A stretch of 64,000 nt of DNA. It comes from the human T2T-CHM13v2.0 reference genome, Homo sapiens. Under the pieces are notes generated by a model that saw nothing but the letters and a program-made list of their open reading frames with translations, did no database searches and had not been told where the DNA came from. The DNA lies in assembly GCF_009914755.1 (NCBI RefSeq), contig NC_060940.1. The stretch is one strand, 5' to 3'. The position numbers were made by a program, and so were the translations under genes. This document shows positions 57,089-64,000 of this stretch, one piece after another. Positions within the stretch are counted from its first letter, which is position 1; every line of letters starts with the position of its first letter.

Positions 57089-57582
57089 GCCCTACCTTTG
57101 GACAAGCTGATAAGAAAGCTCAGGTGTTCCTTCCTTTGGTTCCAGTGGAAAGTTCAAACAACACAAGGCCCAGACTGCGTAAGAACTATTATTATAGCCC
57201 CACCCTTAACCACAATAAAAGCCAAACCAGTATCTTTTCCCTATTCTCAAGTTATTTATTTTTTTTAAATACTTCTTCCCAAGAAGAGGATTTCTATCTT
57301 TTTCCCCCCGCCCTAGGTTTTTGCTATGTTGACCAGGCTGGTCTTGAACACCTAGGCTCAAGCAATCCTCCAACCTAGGCCTCCCAAGCAGCTGGCACTA
57401 CTGGATTCAAGCTATTTTTGAACCTGTTTGGGAGCCTGCCCTGCTCTCACAGAAAGCCTCATTATGTGAACCATAACCTTTTCATATCTTCTAGGCGCAT
57501 GAGTGGCATCACCAATCTTGACATCCAAACCAAATTTTGGTTGGGGAGCCCATTCTATCACAGCTGGGTAGTGACAACAACA
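57089..57582 (+). mobile_element. ERVL-type LTR (MER74/MER54-like) interrupted by a minus-strand Alu monomer fragment (~57260-57405)
   Basis: Similarity by recall; ccctgctctcacagaaagcctcattatgtga motif; Alu fragment gttgaccaggctggtcttgaac. Confidence 0.55.
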
Positions 57583-57599
57583 GAAGCAATAAAAAAGCA

Positions 57600-60620
<3,021 letters not shown>

Positions 60621-60639
60621 GAAAAGGCTGTTATAACCA

Positions 60640-62345
60640 GCAAAACCCTAACACTGGTCAATCCAGCTGTTCCAGTCCTCTACTACACCCAGGCTGTTAG
60701 GACTGCCAGAGAAAACCACACAGCAGCCTAGACTCACAACCTTGCAAATTCAGTGTCTGCAGCCTCTGCTGGGCCCCTTAGACCACCTCATCTGTTTCCT
60801 TTATTAGCTCTCTTCCCGGCAGCTATTTCTCTTCCTGCCATTCTAGAGGGTTTATCCCACTCAGATCTCTTCTGATTTCCAGCTCCACCGACCCAGCTGC
60901 CTACAAGATGCTTCCACTTAGGGTGTCCACAGGCACCTCAAGCTCAGCATGTTCCCCCAGCTCTGCTTTCTCCTATATTCCCTCTGTGAATGAATTATCA
61001 TTCACACAATTGCCCATATCCCAAGTGTAGGCATCACCTATGACTTCTCTTTCCTCAAATTAACCATATAACACATACTTGTGGACTACTTACTATGTGC
61101 CTGACAATGTTCCAAGCATTATATGTTTTAGTTACTTTAATCCCCACAGCAACCCTAGATGAAGGTATTATTACCCTTCCCATATCACAGATAAGGAAAC
61201 TGAGGCACAGAGGAGGTAAGTAACCTGCCCCAGTTCACACAGTAGCAAAGCATAGAGCCCGGAATAGAACCAGTCATTATGGTCCCAGAGTCCACACTTT
61301 TGATCATGACATGATTCTGCCCTCACCTTGCTTGTGACTCTACCTCCTTAGTATCTCACAAATTCACCACTCTTTTCCATCCCTGCTGCCCCTCCTTCGT
61401 TAATGTCACTACCACATCTTGCCTGGGTAACTGCAACACTTAACTGACCTATCCAACTCCAGAATCATGCCTTTCCCATACCCCAGCCATTCTCCACGCT
61501 GCAGCCACAGTGACCTTTCCAAAGGGAAAATTTGGTCATGCCATTTCTCTGCCTAAAATCGTTTCGTCCGGAACACTCTCCACACTCCTTAGCATGCTGT
61601 TCATCCCTGGAATTTGCCTATCTTACACTTGATGCTCTACCAGCAGTTCAGAATGTGTCCTGTGCTCACACACCACAGACTCACATGTAACACCAGGAAT
61701 GCCTTTCTTGCTCTCCCACCCCATGGCAGCTAATTCCCATTTGTCTTTCCAGATTCAGCTGTCACCTCTTTCAGAAAGCTGTGAATGACTCCCAAGGCTG
61801 CCCCTTCCTTATGATCTCACAGGTCCTCGTGCTCACTCCTATCATGGTTATTGATCTATCTCTCTCCCTCACCGGACTCTTAAGTTTTTTGAGGACAGGA
61901 ACTTTGTCTTTTTAATCACTGTATTCCCAGCACCCTGTACAGGGCCTCATACATATACTAATCTAATAAATGTGGTTAATTAATTAATTAATCCATCCAT
62001 CATAATGACTTTTCCCAAATCTCCAAATATGCCAGCCTATTTCATACCTCTAACAGGCTCATCCTTTCCTCTCACATCCTGATCCCCATCTGCCTAGCAA
62101 ACTTCTGTTCATCCTACAAAACCCATCTCAAGAATCTGCAGAAGGAAGGCTTTCTCTAGTGCACTCGAGGAGTGCCATAACTCTGTCCTTTGCATATGCC
62201 CCTCTAATTAAATGCATCAAATACAGTGCATTGTAATTATTTGCTTACAAGCCTGTTTCTAACTCCAGAATGTAAGCTTCTTGCCTATAGGGATCATGTG
62301 TAATTGGCACATACAAGGAGCTCAGTAAATAATTGTTGAAGGAAT
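60640..62345. mobile_element. L2 remnant with nested MIR (~61050-61320)
   Basis: L2 motifs (aggcacctcaagctcagcatg; cccagcaccctgtacagggcct) and MIR core. Confidence 0.7.
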
Positions 62346-63261
62346 ATTAAATTGCATTTATTAAAAGAGAATTTTCACTAGGCCAAAACACTTCTCAGAG
62401 GAACTATTTCGCTCATTTGGTTTGTTTTTCTTAATTTAAAATGTCAGTCTTTGGCTCCTTCCAATGTTTCTACTTAACAGAGTCCAGGTTAAGTAAGAGT
62501 TCAGTATGTGTGATGTAATGTCTTCTTTCAGAGAATATTAAAAAGAAAAGTTAGACAAATATATTCTCAGCTAACTCTTAGGAAGGAGAACCAGACAGAA
62601 TAGGGTTTGCCATTAAAGCTCTGTCTTTATAGATTTGCACCATTGAATTCTAAAAGACAGAAAAAAAAAGAAACGTTTTAGAGTAGACATCCTTAGGCAC
62701 AAAATTCCTTTTCTGTAGGGAATTGAGTTCTGTTCACCTCTAGGAACTCATAAGGAGCTGAGTCTAAAAGAGTTCAAATTTAGAGTAGACTGCAGCCTTG
62801 TAAAGCAGAATCTCATAATGTATATTATTAAATTAGTGAATGCTTCCAGATGCTGCAGGGACGTGTACGTGTCACATTAATAACTATCATGATCACCATA
62901 ATCATACCCTCACCCCCATCTCTATCATCTCTCTTTGCTTTTTCTTTATCTTAAATGTCTCAAAAAACTCATTTCCTATACTTTTTTTCTGCCATCTTCT
63001 ATTCCCAAGCCCCTCCCTTCTTTGCAGAAAAGCCAGCAAAAATTTTTTTGCTCCCAGTTAAATCTTTGAACAAGTTAAAATCCTTTCTACCCAATACACA
63101 ACATGTAAAATGTAAACAAATCTCAAAGAACTTTAATGTCAAACACTGCCTCTTCTATTTACACATGCGTTACAGTAGCCCAGATCCTTTAACACACTTA
63201 AATAAATATAAACATTGCTTGATAAAAATGTTTTCCCCCAGTTTTAAAAAAATAATTTTTG

Positions 63262-63585
<324 letters not shown>

Positions 63586-63739
63586 TTAGCAGTAATAAAC
63601 CAAAACTCTGAGAAACTTATTTCCATTAAGACCAAAGGCTTGGGGTCATCAGACCTAGGTTTAAATCTTTTTTAGCCTCAGTTTCCTCACTAAATAATGG
63701 AGATAACAATAAAAAGAGTGAGCCTACTCTAACAATTAC

Positions 63740-64000
63740 CTATTGGCATCTAACAAATTGCCCCAAAACTTAATGTTAAAAACAACAATAATAAACACTA
63801 CTTATTTATCATAGTTTCCATGATTCAAGAATTCAAAAGAAGTTTGGCTACGTGATTCTGGCTTGGAGTCTCTCATGAGATTGTAGTCAAAGATACAGCC
63901 AGGTCTACAGTCATCTGAAGGGTTGACTAAGGTTGGAGAATCCACTTCCAAGATGGCTTATGACCAGCAAATTGGTTCTGACTGTTGGTGGAAGGACTCA
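63740..64000 (-). mobile_element. MLT1 LTR, truncated by window end
   Basis: gtcatctgaagggttgactaaggttggagaatccacttccaagatggct motif. Confidence 0.75.

Overview
Primate, human-like, repeat-rich genomic DNA lying entirely within the 5' part of HYDIN (axonemal central-pair protein) on the minus strand. Seven coding exons (exons 2-8, numbering from recall) have canonical GT-AG ends and splice into one open frame of 1043 nt (MTSRRLEESMG...EEDREKYR). The window runs from intron 1 (right end) to intron 8 (left end). Exons 2-5 indicate the ancestral locus rather than the 5'-truncated duplicate HYDIN2. Introns contain about 15 Alus, L1/L2/MIR fragments, MaLR/ERVL LTRs, a MER1A element and microsatellites. 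The best unexplained signal is a decayed, apparently intronless gene on the plus strand in intron 8 (~2720-3900). With a few frameshifts repaired, it shows the ordered motifs of a cGAS-like receptor/Mab-21 nucleotidyltransferase fold without the cGAS Zn ribbon. A weaker coding fossil (RRM plus zinc knuckle, ZCCHC3/Tx1-ORF1-like) lies in intron 7. All family assignments and repeat subfamilies were made by eye from remembered consensus sequences and need computational confirmation.
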